DNA of 64,000 nt. Source: Bryobacterales bacterium (GTDB taxonomy: Bacteria; Acidobacteriota; Terriglobia; Bryobacterales; UBA6623). Where the stretch lies: the NCBI GenBank assembly GCA_028819255.1, contig JAPPMB010000116.1, positions 34,810 through 98,809 on the forward strand, written 5' to 3'. A model generated the notes under the pieces. It saw only the letters and a program-made list of their open reading frames with translations. It searched no databases and was not told where the DNA came from. This document shows positions 18,473-27,761 of the stretch, piece after piece. How positions within the stretch are numbered: the first letter of the stretch is position 1; each line of letters starts with the position of its first letter. Both the position numbers and the translations under genes were made by a program.

Positions 18473-19840
18473 CTACTCATAGATCCTTACGCTCGTGCGA
18501 ATCTCCTCTCGGGGAAGGAGCGAGGCATGGTGAGCGACGATTTCGCGAACCCGAGGCCTCCCTTCGCCGAAACCGGTCGCGGTGGGCGGCCCGTTCAGCA
18601 CCAAGGGGATCATTTCGCGGCTGAAGCGCTCGACCGGCTCGCGCTCCGCGGCGCGTACGCCCATGCGAAGCACCACCTCGGGCGGGTCCGGAGCGGGGGC
18701 GGCCGCCGGGCCGTGGCAAGCGCCGGCACCCAGGATCTCTCCGTGAACCTCCTGGAACCGCAAGCCCAGATCCTCCAGCCTCCGGCGCACGATCTTCTCG
18801 GCGGCCCGCGCCTTCTCGACAGCCTGCGGCCAGCTGTAGACCAGAGTGCCAACGGCCTGGTAGCCCGCAACGTACGTGAGTGAGGTCTTCAGAGTGGGAG
18901 GTCGCCGGCTCCCGCGGACTCCCTCGACAGCCACCCGATCCGGACCATCCGGTCGAAGGCGGATGCTCGTAAAGTCCGCCCGACAATCGGGTGTCAGGTA
19001 GTTCCGGGGATCGCCGAGTTCGTAGAGCAGCTGTTCCTTGATGGACGCCACGGTAACTCTGCCCCCCGTCCCAGGATGCTTGGTCACCACGAATTCCCCA
19101 CTGGGACTCGCCTCGACCACCGGGAACCCGATGTTGGCAATGTCCGGGATCGACTGCCAGTCGATTGAGCAGTTTCCTCCCGTGCATTGTGCGCCGCACT
19201 CGACGATGTGCCCGGCGACGGTGCCGGCGGCCAGCGGGTTCCAGTCGTCCGACTCCCATCCGAATCGGTGGATCATCGGAGCGAGTGTCAGAGCCGAATC
19301 GGTCGAGCGACCCGCGATCACGATGTCCGCGCCGGTGGCCAAGGCTTCGGCGAGAGGAAACCCGCCAATGTACACATGGGCGCTCAGCAGGTCATTCCGG
19401 ATGGCCTCGAGCGGCCGGCCCGTGTCGATGTCGTCGAAGCGAATGCCCCTTGAAGCCAGTTCGTCGATCCTGCCGCTGATGTCATCGCCGGAGACGACAG
19501 CGATCCTAGTGCCGCACCTGTCCGTGGTGCGGGCGCGGTCAAGAATTGCCCGAGCGCACGCCTCGGGATTCACCCCGCCGGCGTTCGTCACGATCCTGAT
19601 GCCATCCGAGGCGAGCCGGGGCAGCAACCCGACGGCAAGGTCCACGAAGTCGGCAGCGTATCCTCTCGCCGGATTCCTACGGCGCTGCTTCTCCAGGATC
19701 GACATCGTGACCTCGGACAGATAGTCGAGGACGAGATAGTCGATCGGGCCGTCCCGCACCAGCCGGCGTGGCGCCTCCAGCCAGTCGCCCCAGAAACCCT
19801 GACCGTTCGCGATGCGAATCAAGTCTGTTCCTCCCGCCAT
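18473..19840 (-). CDS. AtuA-family (DUF1446) acyclic terpene utilisation-like protein
   Basis: 455 aa with the characteristic N-terminus IRIANGQGFWGDWLEAPRRLV...IDYLVLDYLSEVTMSIL and HIVECGAQCTGGN. Confidence 0.85.
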   Translation of the reverse strand: MAGGTDLIRIANGQGFWGDWLEAPRRLVRDGPIDYLVLDYLSEVTMSILEKQRRRNPARGYAADFVDLAVGLLPRLASDGIRIVTNAGGVNPEACARAILDRARTTDRCGTRIAVVSGDDISGRIDELASRGIRFDDIDTGRPLEAIRNDLLSAHVYIGGFPLAEALATGADIVIAGRSTDSALTLAPMIHRFGWESDDWNPLAAGTVAGHIVECGAQCTGGNCSIDWQSIPDIANIGFPVVEASPSGEFVVTKHPGTGGRVTVASIKEQLLYELGDPRNYLTPDCRADFTSIRLRPDGPDRVAVEGVRGSRRPPTLKTSLTYVAGYQAVGTLVYSWPQAVEKARAAEKIVRRRLEDLGLRFQEVHGEILGAGACHGPAAAPAPDPPEVVLRMGVRAAEREPVERFSREMIPLVLNGPPTATGFGEGRPRVREIVAHHASLLPREEIRTSVRIYE

Positions 19841-19864
19841 TCAGTCGGACCGCCTTCTGCCCGC

Positions 19865-20485
19865 CTACTGGCGCATCCGTCCGTTCCCGCGTGCAAGCTG
19901 CTCCCGGCGCTGGCGCCGCTGTCTCATGGTGATCATTGCCTGAAGAAAAACGGTCACCAGCTCCACTCGGTCGACTTCGCTGACCGTCCTCAGCAACTGC
20001 TGCTTGAGATCCTTGGACACGGGCAGGGCTGCTGCGACCTTGAAGCTCAGCCAAGGATGGTTGGGATCCCAGCGTGACGACTTGGACCCAGTCAGCCGCC
20101 GCACCTCGTCCCCAAGAGCAAGCATCGCCTCCACCTCCGATGCGGAAGCCTGTTCCGGCGTCTCGTCGGAAAAGTAATCGACGGCCCCTTGGAGGTATTC
20201 CTCGGACTTGTCGAATGCGCGGACGAAGAAGCGCCGGGAACCGATCACCTGGACATTGAAGCGGCCATCGTCGAAACGCTCCGTGATTTCGCGCACCCTG
20301 GCCGCACACCCAATCCGTTCCAGTTCGTCGCCACTCTTGAGTACGATTCCGAACTCGCTCCCGTCGGAATGGCATTTCGAGATCATTTTGCGATATCGCA
20401 TCTCGAAGATATGCAGTGGCAGCACCTCGCCAGGCAGCAGGACCAAGTCGAGCGGAAACAGGGGAAGGAGCGATTCCTGAGCCAT
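19865..20485 (-). CDS. Lon protease N-terminal (substrate-binding) domain-only protein
   Basis: Trimmed to MAQESLLPLFPLDLVLLPGEVLPLHIFEMRYRKM (cat at 20483-20485), a LON N-domain signature. No AAA+ or protease domain follows. Confidence 0.8.
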   Translation of the reverse strand: MAQESLLPLFPLDLVLLPGEVLPLHIFEMRYRKMISKCHSDGSEFGIVLKSGDELERIGCAARVREITERFDDGRFNVQVIGSRRFFVRAFDKSEEYLQGAVDYFSDETPEQASASEVEAMLALGDEVRRLTGSKSSRWDPNHPWLSFKVAAALPVSKDLKQQLLRTVSEVDRVELVTVFLQAMITMRQRRQRREQLARGNGRMRQ

Positions 20486-20524
20486 GCTACAGTATGCAGT
20501 CTTGGCGGGGGCTACGCGCACACC

Positions 20525-21307
20525 ATGAGCCTTGCCGCCAAGACCGCTCTGATCACAGGCGCATCCTCAGGGATCGGGAGGGCGTGTGCATTCCGGTTTG
20601 CCCGCGACGGAGCAAGACTGATTCTTGCAGGGCGCAATCGGGCGGCCTTGGAGAAGACAGCGGCCGAGACGGGAGCCGTCGCGATCGTCGAGGCGGACCT
20701 GACGATGCCCGGGGATCTCGCTCGGTTTTGCGACCGTGTCCTTGAGGCCGCACCCGTGCTCGACATCCTGGTCCACAATGCGGGGGTAGGTATCTACGCC
20801 CCTTCGTTCGCAACGGATGCCGAGAAGGCGAAGAGCCTCATGGCACTTAATCTCCTGGCACCGGTGGAGATCACCCGCAGGCTTCTCCCCAGCATTCCTG
20901 CGGGCGGCTCTGTGGTGGCGATCAGTTCGATCGCCGGAAAGGTCGCCCTTCCCGGGATGGCTGTCTACTGCGCTTCCAAGCATGCCCTGAATGCGTACGC
21001 CGACATTCTTCGAATGGAATCGCGCCAACGAGGGATTCACGTGCTGAGCGTCTGCCCCGGCTACGTCAAAACACCGTTCATCGGGAACATGCTGCAGGGA
21101 GAAACGGATAGACACCCCGAACGGCGCGGGCGCTTCGGAATCACCGCCGAGCAGTGCGCTGAGGCAATTCGTCAAGGAATCCTGGGTCGAAAGCGGACGG
21201 TAGTCGTGCCCCGGATTGGCTGGCTGCTTGTTGCCGCCGAGCGGCTTTTTCCCGCGATGACGCACAAGCTGATGACACGGCACTTGCTCGGGGACGGCAC
21301 TAGATGA
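20525..21307 (+). CDS. Short-chain dehydrogenase/reductase (SDR)
   Basis: Internal ATG at 20525 of ORF 20189..21307. Contains ALITGASSGIGRA (TGxxxGxG) and the catalytic YCASKHAL (YxxxK). Confidence 0.9.
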   Translation: MSLAAKTALITGASSGIGRACAFRFARDGARLILAGRNRAALEKTAAETGAVAIVEADLTMPGDLARFCDRVLEAAPVLDILVHNAGVGIYAPSFATDAEKAKSLMALNLLAPVEITRRLLPSIPAGGSVVAISSIAGKVALPGMAVYCASKHALNAYADILRMESRQRGIHVLSVCPGYVKTPFIGNMLQGETDRHPERRGRFGITAEQCAEAIRQGILGRKRTVVVPRIGWLLVAAERLFPAMTHKLMTRHLLGDGTR

Positions 21308-21870
21308 CGAGTGACGATCCCACGATTAGGGTGGTCGGCACCGCTCCGAACGCAATCTTCGTCGCGGGATTCATGGGATCCGGAAAATCCACCGTGGGGC
21401 GCACCCTAGGCAGCCGACTGGGCTGGCCTTTCGTGGATCTGGACGACGAGATCGAACAAGCTGCCGGACTCACGATACCCGAGATCTTCGAGGAATTCGG
21501 CGAGCAGGGCTTCCGGGACCGCGAGCACAACGCGTTGCGCGACCAGGCTGCTCGCGGGCTAGCCGGGCATCGATTCGTCCTCGCCCTCGGAGGGGGAACG
21601 TACGCTTACGCCCGCAATCGCGACCTGCTGCGACAGATTGGACCGACGCTCTGGATCGACGTTGACGCGGACACGCTGTGGAGGCGCGTCCGGGGCGCAA
21701 CGCACCGGCCACTCGCCCATGACCCCGGGGCGTTCAAGCGGCTCCACGCGTCACGCAAGGATTCCTACGCCAAGGCCGAGCACCGGATTGACGGCGCAGG
21801 GTCGGTGGCCGAGGTGGTGGCGCGGATCTTCGGGCTAGGATGGATGCAGGACCTGCTGGCCGATGCCTGA
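21304..21870 (+). CDS. aroK: Shikimate kinase
   Basis: 188 aa with Walker A GFMGSGKSTVGR and VDLDDEIEQAAGLTIPEIFEEFGEQGFRDRE. Overlaps the SDR stop by 4 nt. Confidence 0.9.
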   Translation: MTSDDPTIRVVGTAPNAIFVAGFMGSGKSTVGRTLGSRLGWPFVDLDDEIEQAAGLTIPEIFEEFGEQGFRDREHNALRDQAARGLAGHRFVLALGGGTYAYARNRDLLRQIGPTLWIDVDADTLWRRVRGATHRPLAHDPGAFKRLHASRKDSYAKAEHRIDGAGSVAEVVARIFGLGWMQDLLADA

Positions 21871-22549
21871 TCCTGTCATTCGCGCTGAAGGCCTGGGCAA
21901 GACGTTCCGCACGGGGCAGCAGGCACTCACGATCTTCTCCGGCCTCACCTTTCGGGTCAACGAAGGGGAGAGCGTCGCCCTCGTGGGGGAGTCCGGCGCC
22001 GGCAAGTCCACGCTTCTGCACATTCTTGGGGCCCTGGAGAGACCCACGGCGGGCAAGGTGATCTTCAGGGGCACTGCGCTCGGCTCGCTGAACGAGCGGC
22101 AGCTGGCCAACTATCGCAACAGGGAGATCGGATATGTCTGGCAGAACTGCCATCTCCTTCCGGAATTCACCGCCCGCGAGAACGTGGCCCTTCCGCTCCG
22201 AATCGACGGGAATGCCGAGAAGCCAAGCCTGAGGGCAGCGGACCGCCTGCTGGAGCGCGTGGGCCTGGCAGACCGTGTTAACCACCAGTCCGGAGAGCTG
22301 TCCGGCGGGGAGCAGCAGCGCGTCGCAATCGCTCGCGCACTGGTCGCCGGGCCGAGGCTGCTCCTTGCGGACGAGCCGACCGGAAACCTCGACGAGCGGA
22401 CGGGCGAGACCGTGATGCGGATGCTGCTCAGCCTGGTTCGCGAGGACAAGCTGGCGATCCTTGTTGCGACCCATAACCCCGCCTTCGCCGCGCTCTGTGA
22501 CAGGATGTTCCGGTTCGAGCACGGCCGTCTGCGTCAATCGGGCCGCTGA
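21863..22549 (+). CDS. ABC transporter ATP-binding protein, LolD/MacB-type
   Basis: 228 aa with Walker A GESGAGKST, signature LSGGEQQRVAIARAL and Walker B LLLADEPT. No permease gene is adjacent. Confidence 0.88.
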   Translation: MPDPVIRAEGLGKTFRTGQQALTIFSGLTFRVNEGESVALVGESGAGKSTLLHILGALERPTAGKVIFRGTALGSLNERQLANYRNREIGYVWQNCHLLPEFTARENVALPLRIDGNAEKPSLRAADRLLERVGLADRVNHQSGELSGGEQQRVAIARALVAGPRLLLADEPTGNLDERTGETVMRMLLSLVREDKLAILVATHNPAFAALCDRMFRFEHGRLRQSGR

Positions 22550-23347
22550 CAGCGGCTGGCCGAGAGAGAAGGACCGGCGGCGCGGGCAGAGCTTCTTGGG
22601 ACGCGCCATCGTTGCATGCGTAGGCAGGCATGTTGATATCCGACGGGATCACTGTCCGCTCTCTGCGGCGCAGTCCTCAACCTCCAAGGAACCGTTGAGC
22701 TGGTTGAGCTCCAGCGGATTGGCAGGTGAGCCTGGTGCGCAGCGCTTGGGACCAACCCGGAGCGCGTGCATTTTCGTCCCTTGCAGCCAAGGTGCCATGC
22801 CCAGAAGGGCTAACTTATCGAGGACTCCGATCAAGAGTGCCCCGTAGGCTGGGGCTGGCGATTGTGAGAGTTGTCTGCCAGTTCCGCCAAATTCGCTTGC
22901 CACTCGTCGAGAGTTTCCGCTCGTGGGACCGCCGGTTCGATCGCCCGTCGGGACTGGTTCCGGACAAACGTGAAGTCGCGCCGGACGCCGTGCGGCCCCG
23001 GATGGAGACAACCCGCAGCCCCAGCGTGTCCGTGACACGGCGCTCTCTGGCAGTTGCGTGCGCAGGGCCAGATTCGGGACGACCTCCAGCATGACCCCGA
23101 ACAGAACCGCTTCCGGGGACCCCGCGTCGATCGACGGGCGCACAGACCGTACACTGATGCTGACCCCTACGCCGATCTTGAGAAGCTTCAGACGGCTAGC
23201 CGACGCGTAAAGGGGGCGGAGGAGCCGCCGGAGCCAATGGTCGCCGACCGCAATTCCGGGTTCTGGCACGGGAGCATCGATCCGTGCATGCCCAAGGCTA
23301 CGATTTCACAGCGATAATGTGACGAATAATGCTACTTTGCTAGCGTC

Positions 23348-24056
23348 ATGTCTGCATCTGCCGCACCGTGAGCCCGCGACGTCATCCGGGACATAGCTGC
23401 CTGCGGCCGGTATCACTTTAGTTCGTTCGAGATTCGCTCTGCGCTCGAAGTCTCCGATCAGGCGGCACGCCAATCGCTGAGCCGCTGCGCAGCCAAGGGG
23501 GAGATCGCAAGTTCCGCGCGTGGATTCTATGTGGTCATGCCTCCCGAATACAGGCGTATCGGCTGTCTCCCTGCGCACCAGTTCGTTCGGGCGTTGATGG
23601 AGCACCGCAGCACCCGCTACGTCATCGGATTGCTCTCGGCCGCGCAGTATTACGGAGCGGCCCATCATCGCCCGCAGGGATTCCAGATGATGTTAAGGAG
23701 GAACCGGCCGGCAATCGTGTGCGGATCCGTCAGGGTTGTCTTAGTTGCGTGCAAGGAACTCGCTACCGTGCCAGTGAAGAGCTTCAACAATCCGCGGGGA
23801 CCAGTTCTGGTCTCGACAGTGAAGGCGACAGCGTTCGATCTGGTTGGATACATGCATCGCGCCGGCGGCGTGGTTCGGGTGCTGGGCGTGCCTTCCGAAC
23901 TCGGTGAGGATATTCGTCCGGAGCGCCTAGTTGAAGCTTTCGGGTCCTCGTCGATCCATTGGGCGCAGCGCCTAGGCTATCTCCTCAAGCATGTCGTTGC
24001 CGGGGAAAGAGCTGTGCCTCTCAAGGAGCATGTTCGGCGGAGCGCGAGAAACTATA
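23348..24056 (+). pseudogene. abiEi: abiEi (type IV TA antitoxin/transcriptional regulator), 5' part: premature stop plus IS insertion
   Basis: ATG at 23348, then an in-frame TGA at 23369-23371 (codon 8). The frame continues ARDVIRDIAACGRYHFSSFEIRSALEVSDQAARQSLSRCAAKGEIASSARGFYVVMPPEY..., which is AbiEi-like. The reading frame is broken at 24056/24057 by the IS terminal repeat. Confidence 0.75.
24049..24056. repeat. Target-site duplication, left copy (AAACTATA)
   Basis: Identical 8-mer directly abutting both outer ends of the 34-bp TIRs. Confidence 0.85.
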
Positions 24057-24090
24057 GGGGATTATATACGAGAGTGACCGCAGGGCGGGC
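24057..24090. repeat. Left terminal inverted repeat (IRL)
   Basis: ggggattatatacgagagtgaccgcagggcgggc is the exact reverse complement of 28307-28340. Confidence 0.9.
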
Positions 24091-24140
24091 CGGCGGGGGC
24101 GGGCAGACTCTTCCAGCGATGGCTTTCAGGTGTATCGCGC

Positions 24141-24551
24141 TTAGTACGCCGGTGGCGGCTGTCCGTCTTCAGTGGGAAGCGGCAGCGTGCCGAAATTCGA
24201 CGTTGCGGACTGCAGGTGCTGGATTGGAACGATAGAGAAGCAGTCGTTTGTCAGCGTATCTGACAGCGTACAGTCATTGAAGTACTGGTATACGATGCCG
24301 GTCTTCGTGTTGTACAGAAACACTGTAGGCTGATCTGTGAATGATGTCGTTTCCGTCACGCGGTTCGTGAGTTGGGCTCGAATCGTTGCCGGCTGCATAC
24401 GCCAAGGACCGGGCTCGACAACGACTGTTCCGGCGTCCTGAGAATCCGTGTCCGCGGTCTGGGTGTAGATCACTGGAACTCCTAGAATCACCGCAAGCAG
24501 TCCCCCGGCTATCACCAACCTCGCGAACATCGCTCCCCCTCTGTCGCTCAT
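24141..24551 (-). CDS. Hypothetical membrane-anchored protein (IS cargo)
   Basis: 136 aa. An N-terminal TM helix (FARLVIAGGLLAVILGVPVIY) is followed by a Thr/Val-rich soluble domain. The start overlaps the upstream 61-aa ORF stop (ATGA at 24548-24551). No family recognised. Confidence 0.5.
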   Translation of the reverse strand: MSDRGGAMFARLVIAGGLLAVILGVPVIYTQTADTDSQDAGTVVVEPGPWRMQPATIRAQLTNRVTETTSFTDQPTVFLYNTKTGIVYQYFNDCTLSDTLTNDCFSIVPIQHLQSATSNFGTLPLPTEDGQPPPAY

Positions 24552-24733
24552 GACCGGCCCCTCTCGGGCTGCTTCACATAGCGCACCCGCGCCGGGCGGA
24601 CCAGTGCCTTCGCTGCCTGCTCGAAGTCATCCCACCTCGAGCCCATCCGCAGATCTTCCCGCAGTTCCGCACGGTTCGGCTGGTAGCTCGGATGCACGAT
24701 CTTAACGTCACGCGGCTCGGGCTTCGACTTCAT
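24548..24733 (-). CDS. Hypothetical small basic protein (IS cargo, possible regulator)
   Basis: 61 aa (MKSKPEPRDVKIVHPSYQPNRAELREDLRMGSRWDDFEQAAKALVRPARVRYVKQPERGRS). Translationally coupled to the 136-aa ORF and preceded by a perfect palindrome. No family recognised. Confidence 0.45.
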   Translation of the reverse strand: MKSKPEPRDVKIVHPSYQPNRAELREDLRMGSRWDDFEQAAKALVRPARVRYVKQPERGRS

Positions 24734-24739
24734 GACACC

Positions 24740-24806
24740 TGAATCATAGCATATTTGGCGGTTTTCCGGATTTTCGCCCGATTTTCCTTGCGTATGCTAT
24801 GATTCA
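24740..24806. promoter_or_regulatory. Operator-like 14-bp perfect inverted repeat flanking an AT-rich spacer
   Basis: tgaatcatagcata (24740-24753) pairs with tatgctatgattca (24793-24806). The spacer contains three TTTTC-core repeats (ggttttcc, gattttcg, gattttcc). Starts 7 nt upstream of the 61-aa ORF start. Confidence 0.4.
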
Positions 24807-25099
24807 AGCGGACACATCAGCGGGGAGCCCGTGCCGGGCCGCCTGCTGAATAAACCGACGCAGTGGCGATGGGTAGCTCCCGGAGCCCCGGCGAATAGGC
24901 AGGATTTCACCTAATCTCCGGATGATGTGTCCACGACCCGGCTCCACGGAGCCGGATGGGGGAGACCCGTGGGAAAGATGACTTGCACTGCCTTGTCGGC
25001 AGGAGCATGACTGGTGTCGGGCCATGAAGCTCGCCTATGGGGGAACGGCGGCCCTACGTATTCACCGGGGAGGCTTGACCTGCGGGTGTCCATCCGCAT

Positions 25100-25837
25100 A
25101 TGGGAGACAACATGAAGAAGCACGTACTGCCCGTTGCGGCAGCCATCGCGCTGTGTCTCTGGGCGGCGATCACGCCCGCGAACGCAGCGGAACGATACGA
25201 GGCGGTGGTCAACGCCGTTGCCTGTGACGACAAGCCCGCGATGATCGAGTTCGTTAGGGCACTCAATTCTGGGCAGGACTCTCGTGCGCTGTCCATAGCC
25301 AACAGGGCTCGAAGCTCAGGTGCGTCTTGCACCGTGGTCAAACAGGGAACATTCGTGGCGGGAGCACCTTCTGGATGGGGACTGATCTACTTGCCAGGCG
25401 GTGGCTACTACTCCCCTATGGCTGGGTTTGATCCTGCTCCACGCCTTGCCATGAGAGGCGGCTGGAAATGCAACGAGCAAAGTGAGTTCGAGAAGTCTCA
25501 AGGGATGAGGCAGGCTTCGAATGTGAGCCAGCGCCTGATATTGACCCGCTCTAGGGAAAGGTTCATACTTGCGTTCATGATTCCTGACGGCGGAGTATGG
25601 CTCTTGGAACACTCTCCGAGAGAGGTGAAATTCACGGTTGACGGAGGTGGAACGCACACCATCGAGACTCAGTATGGGAATCTGGAGGCCGTCCTCACCA
25701 ATGAGTTGACAACGGCCCTCAAGCGAGGTCTGAATGTATGGATCGAGATCGTGCCAGACAGTGGCAGGACATACAGCTACAGTGCCAGCCTGATCGGATT
25801 CACAGCGGCGCACGCCTGTGTCAGTCTGCCGATCTAG
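25100..25837 (+). CDS. Hypothetical secreted protein (IS cargo)
   Basis: 245 aa with the signal peptide MKKHVLPVAAAIALCLWAAITPANA|AE. An alternative start exists at 25112. No family recognised. Confidence 0.55.
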   Translation: MGDNMKKHVLPVAAAIALCLWAAITPANAAERYEAVVNAVACDDKPAMIEFVRALNSGQDSRALSIANRARSSGASCTVVKQGTFVAGAPSGWGLIYLPGGGYYSPMAGFDPAPRLAMRGGWKCNEQSEFEKSQGMRQASNVSQRLILTRSRERFILAFMIPDGGVWLLEHSPREVKFTVDGGGTHTIETQYGNLEAVLTNELTTALKRGLNVWIEIVPDSGRTYSYSASLIGFTAAHACVSLPI

Positions 25838-25908
25838 GAACCTAGGAACAGGAGATCGCAGCTTAGGCCGCCCTGGCTTCGGACGCCTGACCGTTGCCGC
25901 CATGAGGT

Positions 25909-26199
25909 ATGATGGTCTCAGTGTCGGAGCAGGAGCAGGACCGCCATCTGGGAGAGTTGCTTGTGGAGCAGCGCAGACTTCGCAGGTCGCTTGCGTGCCT
26001 GAAATCGAAGATCGAGAGGATTAGCGAAAAACTGAAAGCAGCTGTCGAGTCCAATCACGTTAATTTCAAGCATAGGCACAACGACTTCCTCAAGGTTGGT
26101 GGCGGTGATCTGTCCCGCTACATGAAAGAGTACAAGGATGGACTTGAGAGGAAGGGCACACTGGATCGTCAGATTCGAGAAATCGACGGCTATGAGTAG
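25909..26199 (+). CDS. Hypothetical coiled-coil protein (IS cargo)
   Basis: 96 aa with a charged heptad-like sequence (LGELLVEQRRLRRSLACLKSKIERISEKLKAAVES). Ends 12 nt from the convergent transposase stop. No family recognised. Confidence 0.4.
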   Translation: MMVSVSEQEQDRHLGELLVEQRRLRRSLACLKSKIERISEKLKAAVESNHVNFKHRHNDFLKVGGGDLSRYMKEYKDGLERKGTLDRQIREIDGYE

Positions 26200-26211
26200 C
26201 TGTGGATTGTT

Positions 26212-27192
26212 CTAGGCAGCCCGAGCACTGGACGCCCGCCCGTTTTCCTTTATCAGGGCCTTGTAGGTGAGCCGCTTGCCGTCCATGCCGTCCGCAACGG
26301 CCTCTATTTGCCTGATGGTGTCCAGTTCGCGGATGTTGTGCTTGCCCGCAAACTCGTCCACATACCGCTGCAGGTGCTTCGGGCTCATCTTGTGGAACGT
26401 GCCCTTGTGCGCCCGCTTGAGCATGGACCAGAACGATACCACGCCGTTCGTGTGAACCGAGCCCCGGACGTACTCCTTGAGTGAATGCTTCACCGCATCA
26501 TGGTTGTGGGGCAGGCTCTCGTAAGCCTTGGCCTCGTCCGTGTAGACGGTGGCATTGGGATCGGCATGCTCGGCAACGAAGCCCTGTAGCGTCTCCTTGT
26601 CCGTCGAATCGACCGCCTTGGCCGCGACCTTGTTGGTGGCGCGATCCTTCGCGCCGACCACGGCCGCCTTGCCCGTCGGTCCACGGCCTGTCATCGTCTT
26701 GCGCTTCGCATTGCTCATTTTCTTGCGCTTCCCGCCCATGTACGTCTCATCCACCTCCACGGGTCCGGCGAAGTCGCCGGCACCGTCCGCCATGCCGGAG
26801 CGCACGCGATGGGCAAGGAACCACGCACTCTTCTGCGTGATGCCCAGGTCACGGTGCAGCTTCATGCTCGAAACGCTCTTGAGGCTGGTGTTGAGCAGGA
26901 ACGTGGCAAGCAGCCAGTCCTGATAGCCGATCTTCGATCCTTCCATCACCGTGCCGGTCTTGACGCTGAAGAACTTCCGACCGCAGACTTTCTCCCGGCA
27001 GCGGTAGGGCATCGTCTTGTGCGTCGTGCCGACCTGCACGTTGAATGATCCGCAGCGCGGGCACCAAATGCCGTCCGGCCAGCGCTGCTTGACGAACCAC
27101 CTCTCGGCGGCCGCGTCAGTCGGAAACAGCTTGAAGAACTTCTTCAGCGGGATTCCCTCTCGACGTGCCTTGCCCGGTCCTGTTCCTGCCAT
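26212..27192 (-). CDS. IS1595-family transposase
   Basis: 326 aa. It has an N-terminal Zn-ribbon (CPRCGSFNV...YRCREKVCGRKF) and a DDE region (VEVDETYMGG, VYTDEAKAY, HTNGVVSFWSMLKR), as in ISXO2/IS1595 transposases. Confidence 0.92.
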   Translation of the reverse strand: MAGTGPGKARREGIPLKKFFKLFPTDAAAERWFVKQRWPDGIWCPRCGSFNVQVGTTHKTMPYRCREKVCGRKFFSVKTGTVMEGSKIGYQDWLLATFLLNTSLKSVSSMKLHRDLGITQKSAWFLAHRVRSGMADGAGDFAGPVEVDETYMGGKRKKMSNAKRKTMTGRGPTGKAAVVGAKDRATNKVAAKAVDSTDKETLQGFVAEHADPNATVYTDEAKAYESLPHNHDAVKHSLKEYVRGSVHTNGVVSFWSMLKRAHKGTFHKMSPKHLQRYVDEFAGKHNIRELDTIRQIEAVADGMDGKRLTYKALIKENGRASSARAA

Positions 27193-27274
27193 GACTACAG
27201 TTTACAGGAAAGTAACCACGATGTCAAGCAAATTTTGGGAAAATCGTCTGCTAGAATATTTCAAGCAAAAGAAC

Positions 27275-27301
27275 GAGGCCGGCGTTAGCAGCGCCGGCCT
27301 C
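27275..27301. other. Stem-loop 1 in the transposase leader (complete copy)
   Basis: gaggccggcg / ttagcag / cgccggcctc: a 10-bp perfect stem with a 7-nt loop. The counterpart in the deleted copy is at 28125-28143. Confidence 0.6.
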
Positions 27302-27333
27302 GAATGTCGGGGAGATCATACACAACCCGAACG

Positions 27334-27353
27334 CTGAACAAAAGCATGTTCAG
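27334..27353. other. Stem-loop 2 in the transposase leader (complete copy)
   Basis: ctgaaca / aaagca / tgttcag: a 7-bp stem. The counterpart in the deleted copy, with a different stem sequence, is at 28208-28255. Confidence 0.5.
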
Positions 27354-27467
27354 TATAGCATTTGGGCTGTGCCTGTGTCTCCCCAGAGTTGCAGTTATTC
27401 GAGACTGTTGCAGGGGTTGCGCCGGTGCCCTTGCGTCAGGCGATCAAACCGGCTGGAGAAAACAGCT

Positions 27468-27761
27468 ATGAGCAATTCCTACCCGTACAACGACCTAGCG
27501 ATTAGCCTGAATGTCCCGCACAGCCCAGGAGTCTACCTGATTCAAAGCGTGGACGGAACACACATCTATGTTGGACTTGCCGAAGCAAGCATCCGCGATC
27601 GACTCTTGCAGCACTGTGGCGGATCAAGCATGCAGGCATACTGCATCAATCAATGGTCGCCGGCAACCTTCCAGTTTCTGGTGATTTTCGACCGAGAACT
27701 GCGATGGGCTAGGGAACGTGAGTTGCGATTTGCGCTGGGTCCTCGTTGCAATCGCCAGTGA
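27468..27761 (+). CDS. Small GIY-YIG nuclease-domain protein (IS cargo)
   Basis: Internal ATG at 27468 with ggaga 8-9 nt upstream, giving 97 aa. Contains PGVYLIQSVDGTHIYVGLAEASIRDRLLQH (GIY...YVG...R...H) and a downstream RERELRF. Confidence 0.7.
   Translation: MSNSYPYNDLAISLNVPHSPGVYLIQSVDGTHIYVGLAEASIRDRLLQHCGGSSMQAYCINQWSPATFQFLVIFDRELRWARERELRFALGPRCNRQ

Noticed and set aside
22649-23269. 206-aa minus-strand ORF, and 22726..23094 on the plus strand, as island genes or a possible integrase remnant
   Set aside because: No recombinase motifs (R..HxxR..Y) or other family signatures are visible, and the composition is implausible. I treat it as non-coding or decayed until an HMM search says otherwise.
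27309-27334. ggggagatcatacacaacccgaacgc as an internal IRL-like terminal repeat, which would define a nested 1-kb element at 27309-28340
   Set aside because: The similarity to IRL is limited to GGGGA..ATAC. The segment is instead collinear with aaaggagatgaagatcatgagag in the second leader copy, so it is ordinary leader homology and not an element end.
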